From a virus (lineage: Duplodnaviria > Caudoviricetes), in the IMG/VR virus record IMGVR_UViG_3300037808_000798, positions 1 through 52,069 of that record: 52,069 nucleotides of DNA. One strand, given 5' to 3'. Positions 37,685 through 47,109 of the stretch are shown piece by piece. Each line of letters opens with the position of its first letter. The first letter of the stretch is position 1. The notes beneath the pieces were generated by a model. The model saw only the letters and a program-made list of their open reading frames with translations, had not been told where the DNA came from and did no database searches. Both the position numbers and the translations under genes were made by a program.

Positions 37685-38956
37685 TTAATTTTTCAAACCT
37701 TTTTTTAGAAAATTTTCTAATTTAGTATATTCACTATCTACAAAAATATTGAAATGTTTTGCATTATGAATTAAAATATCTTTCATGTCCCAATACCATT
37801 CGTCTAATTCTTTTATTGTCATACTACAAAGTCTTTTAATTTCTTTTTCAAGTAATACCTTTCTCTCCTTATAAGTATCTAACTCATCATATGATTCATC
37901 AATAAACGGATGAAATGTTTTAAATCCATATTCTCTTAATTTTTTTAAATTATTTTTGTTGGATATTAAAACAAAAGGCTGAAAAGTGATCATACATTTC
38001 CATACCTTTTCTGTAATGTGTATTTTTTGTGGATGAGTATTATCATATCCTGGTCCCCAAACACTTTCCGTAACTATATTAAAATAGCTATTGAAATAAG
38101 GAATAACATTTAAATAATCTTGTAATCCATCAACTTTATAATCATAACTATTTGGTATTAAATTATGTGCTATATCTATCGTTTTTTGACCATATTCTTT
38201 ACTATAATCTAATACATCTCTGTCAATAGTTCTATAATTATTAAAATCAAGACTTTCGACTCCTTGTTCTAATGGTTCTCTACCACCAAACCAAGTTGTA
38301 ATCCCATCTTCTAATAAATTATTTTTGATTAAAAATAATAATAATTCAACACGGTGGTCTTTTATATTATTATTGTGAGATGCATATTTAAATTGTCTAT
38401 AATATCCTTTAGAATTATTCAAAATTTTAGATAATGTATTTTTATCAAAATGTGAATTATTCGCAAAAGAATCAGGATAAAAAGTAAATACTGCATTTCT
38501 ATTAAAATATAAAAAATCAAATCCCACTTTATTTGCCTCTTCATCGTCTATACTCAATATACTTTCATGAAAAATAAAACCAAAATTATTTTTTGACATC
38601 CCATTTTCTTCTAATAAATTTTTAAAAGACTTCCATTTTTCTTCATATACAGAATAGTTCAAACCACAACAATCTGTCTGAAAGAAAATAATATAACATT
38701 TACTGTTTCTCAAATCAGAAATAACTTTTTTTGAAATATCAGATTTATCATTGATTATTTTCTCAAAAGTTTCCATTCCATTAAAAGTATCATAAAAAAC
38801 TATATATTTGTCATCTGGTATAGACTCTAATATCTGAATATTTTTAAAAAAATTACATGAGTTTAATTCTGGATAAATTTTCATATAATCCAAAAAAACT
38901 TGTTCTCTTATCAACCCATCACAACTCAAAGTATCACTTAGAAATATCAAATTCAT
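37685..38956 (-). CDS. GT10-like putative glycosyltransferase, paralog 8
   Basis: SHN..DHR; SYFNIVTES..ITEKVWK..QPFV..GFKTF..DESYD. Confidence 0.6.
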   Translation of the reverse strand: MNLIFLSDTLSCDGLIREQVFLDYMKIYPELNSCNFFKNIQILESIPDDKYIVFYDTFNGMETFEKIINDKSDISKKVISDLRNSKCYIIFFQTDCCGLNYSVYEEKWKSFKNLLEENGMSKNNFGFIFHESILSIDDEEANKVGFDFLYFNRNAVFTFYPDSFANNSHFDKNTLSKILNNSKGYYRQFKYASHNNNIKDHRVELLLFLIKNNLLEDGITTWFGGREPLEQGVESLDFNNYRTIDRDVLDYSKEYGQKTIDIAHNLIPNSYDYKVDGLQDYLNVIPYFNSYFNIVTESVWGPGYDNTHPQKIHITEKVWKCMITFQPFVLISNKNNLKKLREYGFKTFHPFIDESYDELDTYKERKVLLEKEIKRLCSMTIKELDEWYWDMKDILIHNAKHFNIFVDSEYTKLENFLKKGLKN

Positions 38957-40185
38957 ATTAGTTTTCCTTTTATTGTTTGTGCGATAAGTTCACCGTCAAG
39001 GTAATAGGATCCATTCTCATGATGTTCACCTGTAGGAACGTGATTTATTTCTAACCAACAATCTCCAAATCTATAAATTCCAGCTGAATGTGGAAGTTTA
39101 TTTGTATCTGAAAAAACCCTATTTTTATTTTCTTTATAATAGTCTATCATTTTATGTTGATTGTGAATAACTTTGGGTAGAGTCTTTACATACAATTCAT
39201 GTACCTCTTTTAACGGTAACGAACAAATTTTGTTAATTTGTTCTGCTATAAACATAACTTTTTCAATACTCATCGGAATTTCATCATAAGATTCATCAAA
39301 CCATTCAGGAAAAGTTTCAAATCCAAGTTTCTTTAGAACACTTAAACTTCCACATTCAGCATTTATTATGAAAGGTGAAACAGCCAAAGCCTTTATTGTT
39401 TTTTCAGTCAAACATCGAGCTCCTTCTTCATTAATATTTGACGAATCACTATAGTCACCACGTGGAAACGACTCTGTTATAATACTAAAATAATTTTGTT
39501 CGAAGTGTGATTTATTAAAATAATATGTTGCCGCTCCACCACTACCTCTTGGATAGGAGTTCGGTATATCTAAAACAGAAGAATCTGGTATAAAATCAAA
39601 ATTTTCAAAAAACTCTTTTTCATATTCATATGGGTATTCTTCTCTATACGATAAATAATCATGCAAATGTTTATTACTTTCTCCAACACCTAATAAAGAT
39701 ATAACTCCTTTTTTCTCCACACCATATCTTTTCAATTCATTTAATAATACCATTCTAGCATATTTAGTCACCCCATTATAACAAATATAATAACCTGTTT
39801 TTATTTTATTTTCAAGTTCCTTTTTATAATTTTCATTATAAGGAATGTGTAATTTTTCCGTATCAAAGTATCTCCCTAATGAATATACAAAAGGACTCCA
39901 AAATACATGCCATTTATAATTATCACCAATATCATTATTAGAAACTAAAATAAAATTATCAATTAAATCATTTTTCTTTAAATGCCCATCAATTAAAGAA
40001 AAATTTTCACTGTGAGTTTGTTCGTTTGCATTATCAGTGACTATCGAATCTATATCTGGATAATATAAAAAATTAGCACCAAAAAGTTGTGTAAATGTCC
40101 AAAAATCGTTATAAACTTCACCAACTTTTAAAATCTCAATCAGCAATTCAACAGCTCGATTTTTATATTTTTCAACAAATTTCAT
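38953..40185 (-). CDS. GT10-like putative glycosyltransferase, paralog 9
   Basis: CYN..AR; FSIITES..LTEKTIK..SPFI..GFETF..DESYD. Confidence 0.6.
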   Translation of the reverse strand: MKFVEKYKNRAVELLIEILKVGEVYNDFWTFTQLFGANFLYYPDIDSIVTDNANEQTHSENFSLIDGHLKKNDLIDNFILVSNNDIGDNYKWHVFWSPFVYSLGRYFDTEKLHIPYNENYKKELENKIKTGYYICYNGVTKYARMVLLNELKRYGVEKKGVISLLGVGESNKHLHDYLSYREEYPYEYEKEFFENFDFIPDSSVLDIPNSYPRGSGGAATYYFNKSHFEQNYFSIITESFPRGDYSDSSNINEEGARCLTEKTIKALAVSPFIINAECGSLSVLKKLGFETFPEWFDESYDEIPMSIEKVMFIAEQINKICSLPLKEVHELYVKTLPKVIHNQHKMIDYYKENKNRVFSDTNKLPHSAGIYRFGDCWLEINHVPTGEHHENGSYYLDGELIAQTIKGKLI

Positions 40186-40769
40186 TTCTTTATTGCCTCA
40201 ACATTTAACGAAACAAGTTTTCCTTTAAACCATTCATCATCTGATAACTCATTTTCATTCTTATCGTGTCTTGGTAAATAATCACAACTCCAATCACGAA
40301 TATGTGAATGTTCTGTTTGTTGCCAATCATATTTATTCACCTTCTTAAACCCAACATCTTTTAAATCTTTTGATAGTTCGTTAAAATCCCATCCCCAATA
40401 ATGAAAATTTTCCTTATAGTCTTGTCCCCCATACAAAGTTCCGCGTATGGAATTTAAATCTCCCGTTTCTACATAATATTTACATAAATTTTCCATATCT
40501 GGAACAGAAATTCTCAATATACCACCCTTTTTTAATAACTGATGCCAACTTTTTAATGCAAAATTATATTGAAATCTTGTTAAATGTTCAAGTGCATGAC
40601 AAATATAAATAACAGAAACAGTATTTTTTCTAAATTGTCTCAGTTCTGTCATATCATCTATAACATCAGGTGACGATGGATTTTTTGTTCTGTAAATCGG
40701 ATAGGATCTAATATCAACATTTATATAACCATCTATTTTTACATCTCCACAACCTAAATGTAATTTCAT
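40182..40769 (-). CDS. Class I SAM-dependent methyltransferase (type 11-like)
   Basis: KLHLGCG, YINVD, HALEHL, LKKGGILRISVPD. Confidence 0.9.
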   Translation of the reverse strand: MKLHLGCGDVKIDGYINVDIRSYPIYRTKNPSSPDVIDDMTELRQFRKNTVSVIYICHALEHLTRFQYNFALKSWHQLLKKGGILRISVPDMENLCKYYVETGDLNSIRGTLYGGQDYKENFHYWGWDFNELSKDLKDVGFKKVNKYDWQQTEHSHIRDWSCDYLPRHDKNENELSDDEWFKGKLVSLNVEAIKK

Positions 40770-40770
40770 T

Positions 40771-42261
40771 TTAAAACACCTTTACTTTATATTTTTTACT
40801 AAATCCAACTCCATCCATGTAACTATTCACTATTGGTTGTCCTTTTATATTAAGACTTGTATTTAATACCATAGGACAACCTGTTTTCTCATAGAACTCC
40901 TTAATAAGTTTATAATAACCTGGATTGTCATCTTTACTAACCGTCTGAACTCGTGAAGTGTTATCTATATGACAGATTGCTGGATACTTGTCGGGAAATT
41001 TACACGGAGCTACGAACTGCATAAACTGAGACTTCTTAACTGGCATATCAAAGATTTCATGTGCGTGTTCTTCAAGGACAGATGGAGCGAATGGACGAAA
41101 CTTTTGTCTATGTTTTATCTCATTCACTCTATCTTTTATATCATCACCACGGGGGTCTGCCAGTAGAGAACGGTTTCCTAATGCTCGAGGACCAAACTCC
41201 GCCCTTCCGTTTGCCACACCAACGATATTTCCTTCAAGTAACTCGTTTAATACTTTCTTTCTTGGATAACGACCTGTGATGTCATAACCTGTAAATGGAG
41301 ATTTCCAATTCACGTGTTCTCCATAAACATATGCTGCACAACCGAGTGATGAACCTGCGTCACCTGGGTTTGGTAATATCCATAAGTTAGGATAGTAATC
41401 ACGTGCTATAATTGAGTTAGCTACACAGTTTAGTGCAACTCCCCCCATATAAACACAATTATCAGTCTCGGGAACTAACTGTTGTGTCAATTTAAATACT
41501 TTCTCAATTTCTTCCTCACAAATCCATTGAACATTTGCTGCTATATTGAATTTCCAATCATCACTATCATCATCGGGGTAGTATTCTGGATTCCAATCTA
41601 AACAACCTCTATGTAAATTGTCCTTTAAATCAATCAGTTTATCAGAATCATTAAAGAAATCTTCACGAATTGCGTTTTTTAGTTTGTGGTCTTGTGTTCC
41701 CCAACCTGCCATTCCCATTAAGATGTATTCATCCTCTTGTGGTTTCAATCCTAATCGTTGTGTCATTGCACTATACCACAATCCTAATGAGTTTGGATAC
41801 TTTAGTGTATATCGTTTCTCAAAATGACTTCCCCACGCATACCAAATACTACACGTCTCAAATTCACCTATTGCATCTATAACTACTATTGCTGATTCTT
41901 CGTATGGACTTGTAAAGTAACCTGCCGCGGCGTGGGATTGATGATGTTGGACATACTCTATTTCTGCATTACCGACAAAATCTCGTAGATAATATTGTGG
42001 TGTATTCTTATAACTTAATACCTCTCCATATTGACCTGCCCTTAATTGTCTTAACTTTTTTAGATATGGTCTTTCAAAATAAACCACCTTGTCTGGTTTA
42101 CCACCAAGTCTATAACAATCGGCAAATAATGCTGCGTTTAAATCAGAGTCATTCTTGATTCCACTATATCGTTCACTATGACCAGCAAACAAAATCTCAC
42201 CATCTTCTATCATAGTTATAGCAGCGTCATGATTTAATGCGTTTATTCCTAATATTTTCAT
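40771..42261 (-). CDS. Carbamoyltransferase, NodU/CmcH family
   Basis: HDAA, ER, HHQSHAAAG, GGVALNC, EFGPRALGNRS, FRPFAP, LNTSLN. Confidence 0.96.
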   Translation of the reverse strand: MKILGINALNHDAAITMIEDGEILFAGHSERYSGIKNDSDLNAALFADCYRLGGKPDKVVYFERPYLKKLRQLRAGQYGEVLSYKNTPQYYLRDFVGNAEIEYVQHHQSHAAAGYFTSPYEESAIVVIDAIGEFETCSIWYAWGSHFEKRYTLKYPNSLGLWYSAMTQRLGLKPQEDEYILMGMAGWGTQDHKLKNAIREDFFNDSDKLIDLKDNLHRGCLDWNPEYYPDDDSDDWKFNIAANVQWICEEEIEKVFKLTQQLVPETDNCVYMGGVALNCVANSIIARDYYPNLWILPNPGDAGSSLGCAAYVYGEHVNWKSPFTGYDITGRYPRKKVLNELLEGNIVGVANGRAEFGPRALGNRSLLADPRGDDIKDRVNEIKHRQKFRPFAPSVLEEHAHEIFDMPVKKSQFMQFVAPCKFPDKYPAICHIDNTSRVQTVSKDDNPGYYKLIKEFYEKTGCPMVLNTSLNIKGQPIVNSYMDGVGFSKKYKVKVF

Positions 42262-42277
42262 ATAACCTCTTTATTTT

Positions 42278-43579
42278 TTAATACATAGAACTATACTCGA
42301 AATGATCGGACACCTCTGATATTCCCTTATTATATTGATCCTTAGAATGTACATTTAGCCAACTTATTAAATCATTAAATCTTTTTTCTAATACATCAGC
42401 TGTAGCACCTTTTATATTAATAACGGCCTTTGAAGGGTGTGAAGGAAAGTATTCCCTAAATCTTTTATGTAATATCTCCACACCAAATGCTTCAGGATTT
42501 CGAAAAATTGGTGTACCAGGATATGGTGTAAACAAAGTAACTATCCATTTATCTGGTTTTAATTCTTTAACAAATCTTTTTGTTGCTTCTATTGTTTCTT
42601 CTGTTTCACCTGGTAATCCAGATATTATATAAATCTTAGCCTTCATTCCTGACTTCTGAATCATTCGTATTGCTTCCGCGTGCATATTCGTAGTTGCCTT
42701 TCCAGCTTTATTCATTAATTTTAATATATCATCATCCGCGGCTTCGAATCCTATACCAACCTCTCTACACCCCGCATAATATAAAAGTTCACAGTATTCT
42801 GGATTCACCAACACCGAACTAATCGAACCTCTAAACCTAATATCTAAGTCATGTAATTTAGGAGCAAGTACTTGAAACCTTTTCTTATCTATAATAGCAT
42901 TATCATCTAAAAATCTAAAATGTCTACAGTTATATTTATCCATCATCAACTCTATTTCTTCTATAACATTATCAGCACTTCTAAATCTTGTTTTTTGTTG
43001 CATATTTGCACAAAAAGAACATGCAAATGGGCAACCTCTACTTGTCATAAGAGTTCCACCTTGATGGCCATCACTATTGTACCTATAACCACCCCACAAG
43101 TCCTCACTAACTGCCCTATGAGCTGGCATCAAATGTCTTGCCGGATGTGGTATTGTATCTAAATCTGTAATTCTTATTGCCTTGTGAACTCCTGTTGGTT
43201 TTTCTGTACATATTTTAGTTATAATTCCCTCTGCTTCATCTTGAACCACACAATCAAAATCATCTACACAATCTTCAGGTAACCAAGTTACGTGTGGTCC
43301 ACCTATAATCGTATATGCTTTATCACCATATTTCTTTTTAATAACTTTATGTAAATCCTTCATTTCATCAATCTGAGCAGAACAAGCAGTCATCAAATAA
43401 ATGTCGTATTCTGGAGGATTTGTCCAATCGTTGAATTCTTCCCTTAAATCCCAAACTTCAACATCAAATCCATCTCGTTCTAAAACTGCAGCAATATATA
43501 AAGGACCTAAAGGTGAATATGCAAAAGGTGTGGTTTCAATTCTTCTACTGTCTGGGATAACTAATACTACTCTTTCCAT
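42278..43579 (-). CDS. B12-binding radical SAM enzyme
   Basis: PLGPLYIAA, IIGGPHVT, TSRGCPFACSFC, GLPGET, PYPGT. Confidence 0.93.
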   Translation of the reverse strand: MERVVLVIPDSRRIETTPFAYSPLGPLYIAAVLERDGFDVEVWDLREEFNDWTNPPEYDIYLMTACSAQIDEMKDLHKVIKKKYGDKAYTIIGGPHVTWLPEDCVDDFDCVVQDEAEGIITKICTEKPTGVHKAIRITDLDTIPHPARHLMPAHRAVSEDLWGGYRYNSDGHQGGTLMTSRGCPFACSFCANMQQKTRFRSADNVIEEIELMMDKYNCRHFRFLDDNAIIDKKRFQVLAPKLHDLDIRFRGSISSVLVNPEYCELLYYAGCREVGIGFEAADDDILKLMNKAGKATTNMHAEAIRMIQKSGMKAKIYIISGLPGETEETIEATKRFVKELKPDKWIVTLFTPYPGTPIFRNPEAFGVEILHKRFREYFPSHPSKAVINIKGATADVLEKRFNDLISWLNVHSKDQYNKGISEVSDHFEYSSMY

Positions 43580-43594
43580 AAAGATTCTCCTTTT

Positions 43595-43604
43595 TAATAA
43601 ATAT
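43595..43604 (-). promoter_or_regulatory. Candidate promoter motif ATATTTATTA
   Basis: Immediately upstream of the AAGGAG RBS of the B12 radical SAM gene. Confidence 0.4.
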
Positions 43605-43792
43605 TACATAATCTCTAAAATTGGTAGTATGACTTGTTCACAAAACTTTTTATGTGAAAGTGGTGATGGATGTCCTGGATCGTGTTCACCGTTACCCCAA
43701 GGATCACGGGCTTTTAAACAAACCCATTCTGCTAATCCACCATGTTCTACTTGTTCATCCTCATAAAACCACCATTTATCCCAATCTATCAT
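43604..43792 (-). pseudogene. Duplicated 3' remnant of the SGNH-like gene 44562-45503 (still an open 62-aa frame)
   Basis: Translation nearly identical to the last ~60 aa of 44562-45503. Confidence 0.75.
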
Positions 43793-43800
43793 ATTCCATA
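43616..43800. repeat. 185-bp imperfect direct repeat, copy 1
   Basis: Manual alignment to 44577-44761: 13 mismatches, no gaps. Confidence 0.95.
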
Positions 43801-44565
43801 TTTTTGGTTTAGAAAGTCATATAATACATTAGACCACTCTTTGTGTGCTAGAATACTCGGATGCCACCCATCATCTATAAAGTATTCCTTTTTAGTATAG
43901 GGATATGATTTATCATCACCATCCCAATTTCCAGATATAACCCTTTCTAAACATCCTGCTTTAGCACCTATTTCTATTTGAATTTGTTCTAAAAAATTAA
44001 CATTTTCTTTAACATAATTTGTAAGTCTATTTAAAACTGGACAATTTTCTCCTGATTCTGATTTACTATAATATCCAGTTCCTTTTTTCCAACCATCTAA
44101 TGAATCAAATGCATTAAAAAATAGATATTTTATATTATGAGATTTTAAAAATCCTGCTAACATAATTATTAAATGTAATTTTCTCATATGTTCTTGAAAT
44201 GTACTATAATTTAATAAATATTGTTTATATTCTGGAGTATTATAATCCGTCAGGTAATATTGTGATGACCTTTGATGTGGTTTATCAGAACCACCATTAA
44301 ACTTTCCAAACTCATCCGTAAATTTTTCCCACCTTTGAATTGATGGCCACCCCACCACAACTATTAAGTCATCATGTAGATTATCTATAACCGAATCAAC
44401 TACACTTCGATAAATATAGTCTAATGCAATTCCATTTAGTCCAAGTTCAATTACTTCATTAGGTTTGACCAATCGTTCTAACCAATATGTCCAAGATTCT
44501 TGTTCGTCATATGGTAATGTTGATGCATGTCCTGCAAAACTACATCCAGTTGTTATTAATTTCAT
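43789..44565 (-). CDS. SGNH-like hydrolase/acyltransferase family protein
   Basis: TGCSFA, SW, C-terminal DGWHPS..AH. Confidence 0.65.
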   Translation of the reverse strand: MKLITTGCSFAGHASTLPYDEQESWTYWLERLVKPNEVIELGLNGIALDYIYRSVVDSVIDNLHDDLIVVVGWPSIQRWEKFTDEFGKFNGGSDKPHQRSSQYYLTDYNTPEYKQYLLNYSTFQEHMRKLHLIIMLAGFLKSHNIKYLFFNAFDSLDGWKKGTGYYSKSESGENCPVLNRLTNYVKENVNFLEQIQIEIGAKAGCLERVISGNWDGDDKSYPYTKKEYFIDDGWHPSILAHKEWSNVLYDFLNQKYGI

Positions 44566-45503
44566 ACTTTATTCCTTAAAATTGGTAGTATGACTTGTTC
44601 ACAAAATTTCTTATGTGAAGATGGTGATGGATGACCTGGATCGTGTTCACCGTTACCCCAAGGATCACGGGCTTTTAAACAAATCCATTCTGCTAAACCA
44701 CCATACTCTACCTGGTCATCTTCATAAAACCACCATTTATCCCAATCTATCATATCCCATAGATAAGTTGCGTTTGGATATAAGTCTTTTAATAGTGGTG
44801 TATCTTTTGATATTTTTTCAGTTGCGTTGTCTGGCCATGTTCTATCTTCTTTAAAATGTGTATTATCTCTCCACGCGAGATTCCATATTTCATGTCCAAA
44901 TATCTCATCACCTTCTTGTCGTGCCCACCCACTTGGAACTTTAAATGAATATTGGTTAAAAATATTTTGCCAACACATCATAGTATATTTTATTCCAAGT
45001 TTATCTAAATACCATTGAGTTCTTAATATTGATTCAAATGTATTTATTAAACTTTCTTCTTCTGAATAAAAATGTTTCCAATATAACTTTAAAAATTTAG
45101 TTACTGCTTTATTGCTCCAAGACATATAAGGAATACTACTTTTTATCCATACAGAATCTTCTATTGAATGTCTGTTCCAATGTTTATCGTGGATAAAATT
45201 TCCATACCAATTTTTATCTGGACCTTCTAACCAAATCTTGTGCATTGGATTCTCACGTTTAGTAGATAAAAATTCTTTTCTTGTTATACCAGACCACATA
45301 ATTAAAACCTCAATATCTTTTGGATCGTTTCCAAGTTTTAATTGATCATTTACTTCCCAAATAATAGACCTACTAATATATGAATTTCCGGCACCTGTAT
45401 CTGCTACGTTATGTACCCGACCATATTTATTTTGGTTAATATGATATGGCCAAGATCCATCTGAATTAGTGAAACTACAACCACTTGTTACTAAATGTTT
45501 CAT
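44562..45503 (-). CDS. SGNH-like hydrolase/acyltransferase family protein
   Basis: SGCSFT, SWP, NVA..GAGN, C-terminal DPGHPS..SH. Confidence 0.65.
   Translation of the reverse strand: MKHLVTSGCSFTNSDGSWPYHINQNKYGRVHNVADTGAGNSYISRSIIWEVNDQLKLGNDPKDIEVLIMWSGITRKEFLSTKRENPMHKIWLEGPDKNWYGNFIHDKHWNRHSIEDSVWIKSSIPYMSWSNKAVTKFLKLYWKHFYSEEESLINTFESILRTQWYLDKLGIKYTMMCWQNIFNQYSFKVPSGWARQEGDEIFGHEIWNLAWRDNTHFKEDRTWPDNATEKISKDTPLLKDLYPNATYLWDMIDWDKWWFYEDDQVEYGGLAEWICLKARDPWGNGEHDPGHPSPSSHKKFCEQVILPILRNKV
44577..44761. repeat. 185-bp imperfect direct repeat, copy 2
   Basis: Manual alignment to 43616-43800 (offset 961 bp). Confidence 0.95.
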
Positions 45504-45604
45504 TTGTAAATAAACGGATCTCTTTTCCGTAACTCTTTTATTTTTTTCTTATATAAGTAATGCGATTTAACTTTAAACCACAAATACTTTACCCATTTAA
45601 TCAT
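45500..45604 (-). CDS. 34-aa microprotein ending in KELRKRDPFIYK (not in ORF track)
   Basis: GAGGAG RBS, ATG 45604, MIKWVKYLWFKVKSHYLYKKKIKELRKRDPFIYK, ATGA overlap with next gene; fills the gap exactly. Confidence 0.85.
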   Translation of the reverse strand: MIKWVKYLWFKVKSHYLYKKKIKELRKRDPFIYK

Positions 45605-45632
45605 TATTATTCTCCTCTAATAAACTTTCATA

Positions 45633-45842
45633 TCATCTTAAATGTTTGTAAGCAAATTCATCAATTGGAAACTCCATCATAGTTTTTCTATTGTGTTTCA
45701 CCTTCCAACTAACAGAATTACATATTTTTTCCAACTTCTCACTATATGCTATAGCGCATTGGCCTTTACCTCCAGAAATAAATGGTAAATTACTATTCTC
45801 AATTTTCTTAATTTTTATTTGTGTGTCTGATTTTTTAATCAT
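45633..45842 (-). CDS. Hypothetical protein (69 aa)
   Basis: AGGAG RBS, overlaps upstream stop, fills gap. Confidence 0.6.
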   Translation of the reverse strand: MIKKSDTQIKIKKIENSNLPFISGGKGQCAIAYSEKLEKICNSVSWKVKHNRKTMMEFPIDEFAYKHLR

Positions 45843-47109
45843 TTAAACTATCTCCTATATGAATTACTTCACAATTATCTTGTTCAGGTATGTATCTCCA
45901 AGGATCAATTATAATAGAACCTTGATTATATTCATAAGAAGTAAAATCTGGATGTTTAGTTCCAATAAAATATATTTGTGGTTCTTGTTGAGACTCATTC
46001 TCACTATCATCAATGTATGGGTCCCACATCTCAACTTGATGTCCTCTTTCTTCTAAAATATTTTTTAATAAAATGGAAGGACTTCCTGTTGTGATGTTAG
46101 TTTCGGGTTTAAATGATTTACCAAGTATTTTTATCGGATAACCATCTACGCATCCTTTGTATTTAAAAGATGTTTCTTCAATTAAATTTGCTAACCAATC
46201 AGTTTGTTTTTCTCGCTGTTTCATTATATTATCAAACCAATTATATGATAAATCTAACTCATTAGACAACCAACTTAATGCTATATTATCTCGTGGATGA
46301 CAACCACCACCGTCTCCCATTCCACCACTCAAATATTTGTCTGAAATTATTCTCTCATCACACATTTTTAATGCATTTGTAACATCATCTACATTTGTAT
46401 TAGGTAATTTATTACACATTTCCATTACTGTATTTACAAATGATATTTTTGTAGATATAAAAGTATTATAAACCACCTTAGTCAACTCTGCATTTTCAAT
46501 AGTTGTTTCATAAAACGGTGAATGATGTAAAGTTCTATAGAACTTCTTTGCTTTCTCTGCTGCCCAATCATCGTCTACACCAAATAAAACAATTTCAGGA
46601 GTTAAAAAATCTCTCATAGTAGTTCCCATTGCAATAAAAAATGGATTGTAACATAATTTAAAATATGGATTAGACTCTATAATAGGTTTTATCTCTCTAC
46701 GAATTGTTCCTGGTAAAACTGTAGAAATAATAATAATAACTTTTTTGACTTGTTGATACCAAATTTCTTCTGATAAATCTTTAATACCTTTTTTAAGATA
46801 AGTATAATCAAAATCTTCTCTTTCATCTGGTATTCGTGTTATTCCCTCAAATTGTTCACCGTGTGGGGTTTGTATTGGAACAAAAATAATCTCTGATTCA
46901 CCTACAACTTCTTCTACAGATTTAATTTCTATCTTACTTTTATCTAAATGTTCTTGTGCCCATATTTCTTGATATTGAAGTTTTTTAGTATCAATTATAT
47001 CCCTAACTTGTTCTGAAGGATCATAACCAACTACTTTATGACCTCTCGATTCTACTGCTAAGGCACAGGGTAAACCAAGTTTACCCAATCCTATAAATCC
47101 TATATTCAT
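45835..47109 (-). CDS. ugd: UDP-glucose/GDP-mannose 6-dehydrogenase family
   Basis: IGLGKLG, IQTP, STVLPGT, AELTKVVYNTF, GGGCHPRD (catalytic Cys), SFKPET. Confidence 0.93.
   Translation of the reverse strand: MNIGFIGLGKLGLPCALAVESRGHKVVGYDPSEQVRDIIDTKKLQYQEIWAQEHLDKSKIEIKSVEEVVGESEIIFVPIQTPHGEQFEGITRIPDEREDFDYTYLKKGIKDLSEEIWYQQVKKVIIIISTVLPGTIRREIKPIIESNPYFKLCYNPFFIAMGTTMRDFLTPEIVLFGVDDDWAAEKAKKFYRTLHHSPFYETTIENAELTKVVYNTFISTKISFVNTVMEMCNKLPNTNVDDVTNALKMCDERIISDKYLSGGMGDGGGCHPRDNIALSWLSNELDLSYNWFDNIMKQREKQTDWLANLIEETSFKYKGCVDGYPIKILGKSFKPETNITTGSPSILLKNILEERGHQVEMWDPYIDDSENESQQEPQIYFIGTKHPDFTSYEYNQGSIIIDPWRYIPEQDNCEVIHIGDSLND

Noticed and set aside
43616-44761. Diversity-generating retroelement (TR/VR pair)
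   Set aside because: Mismatches are not confined to adenines of one copy on either strand, many are synonymous, and there is no reverse transcriptase in the window.
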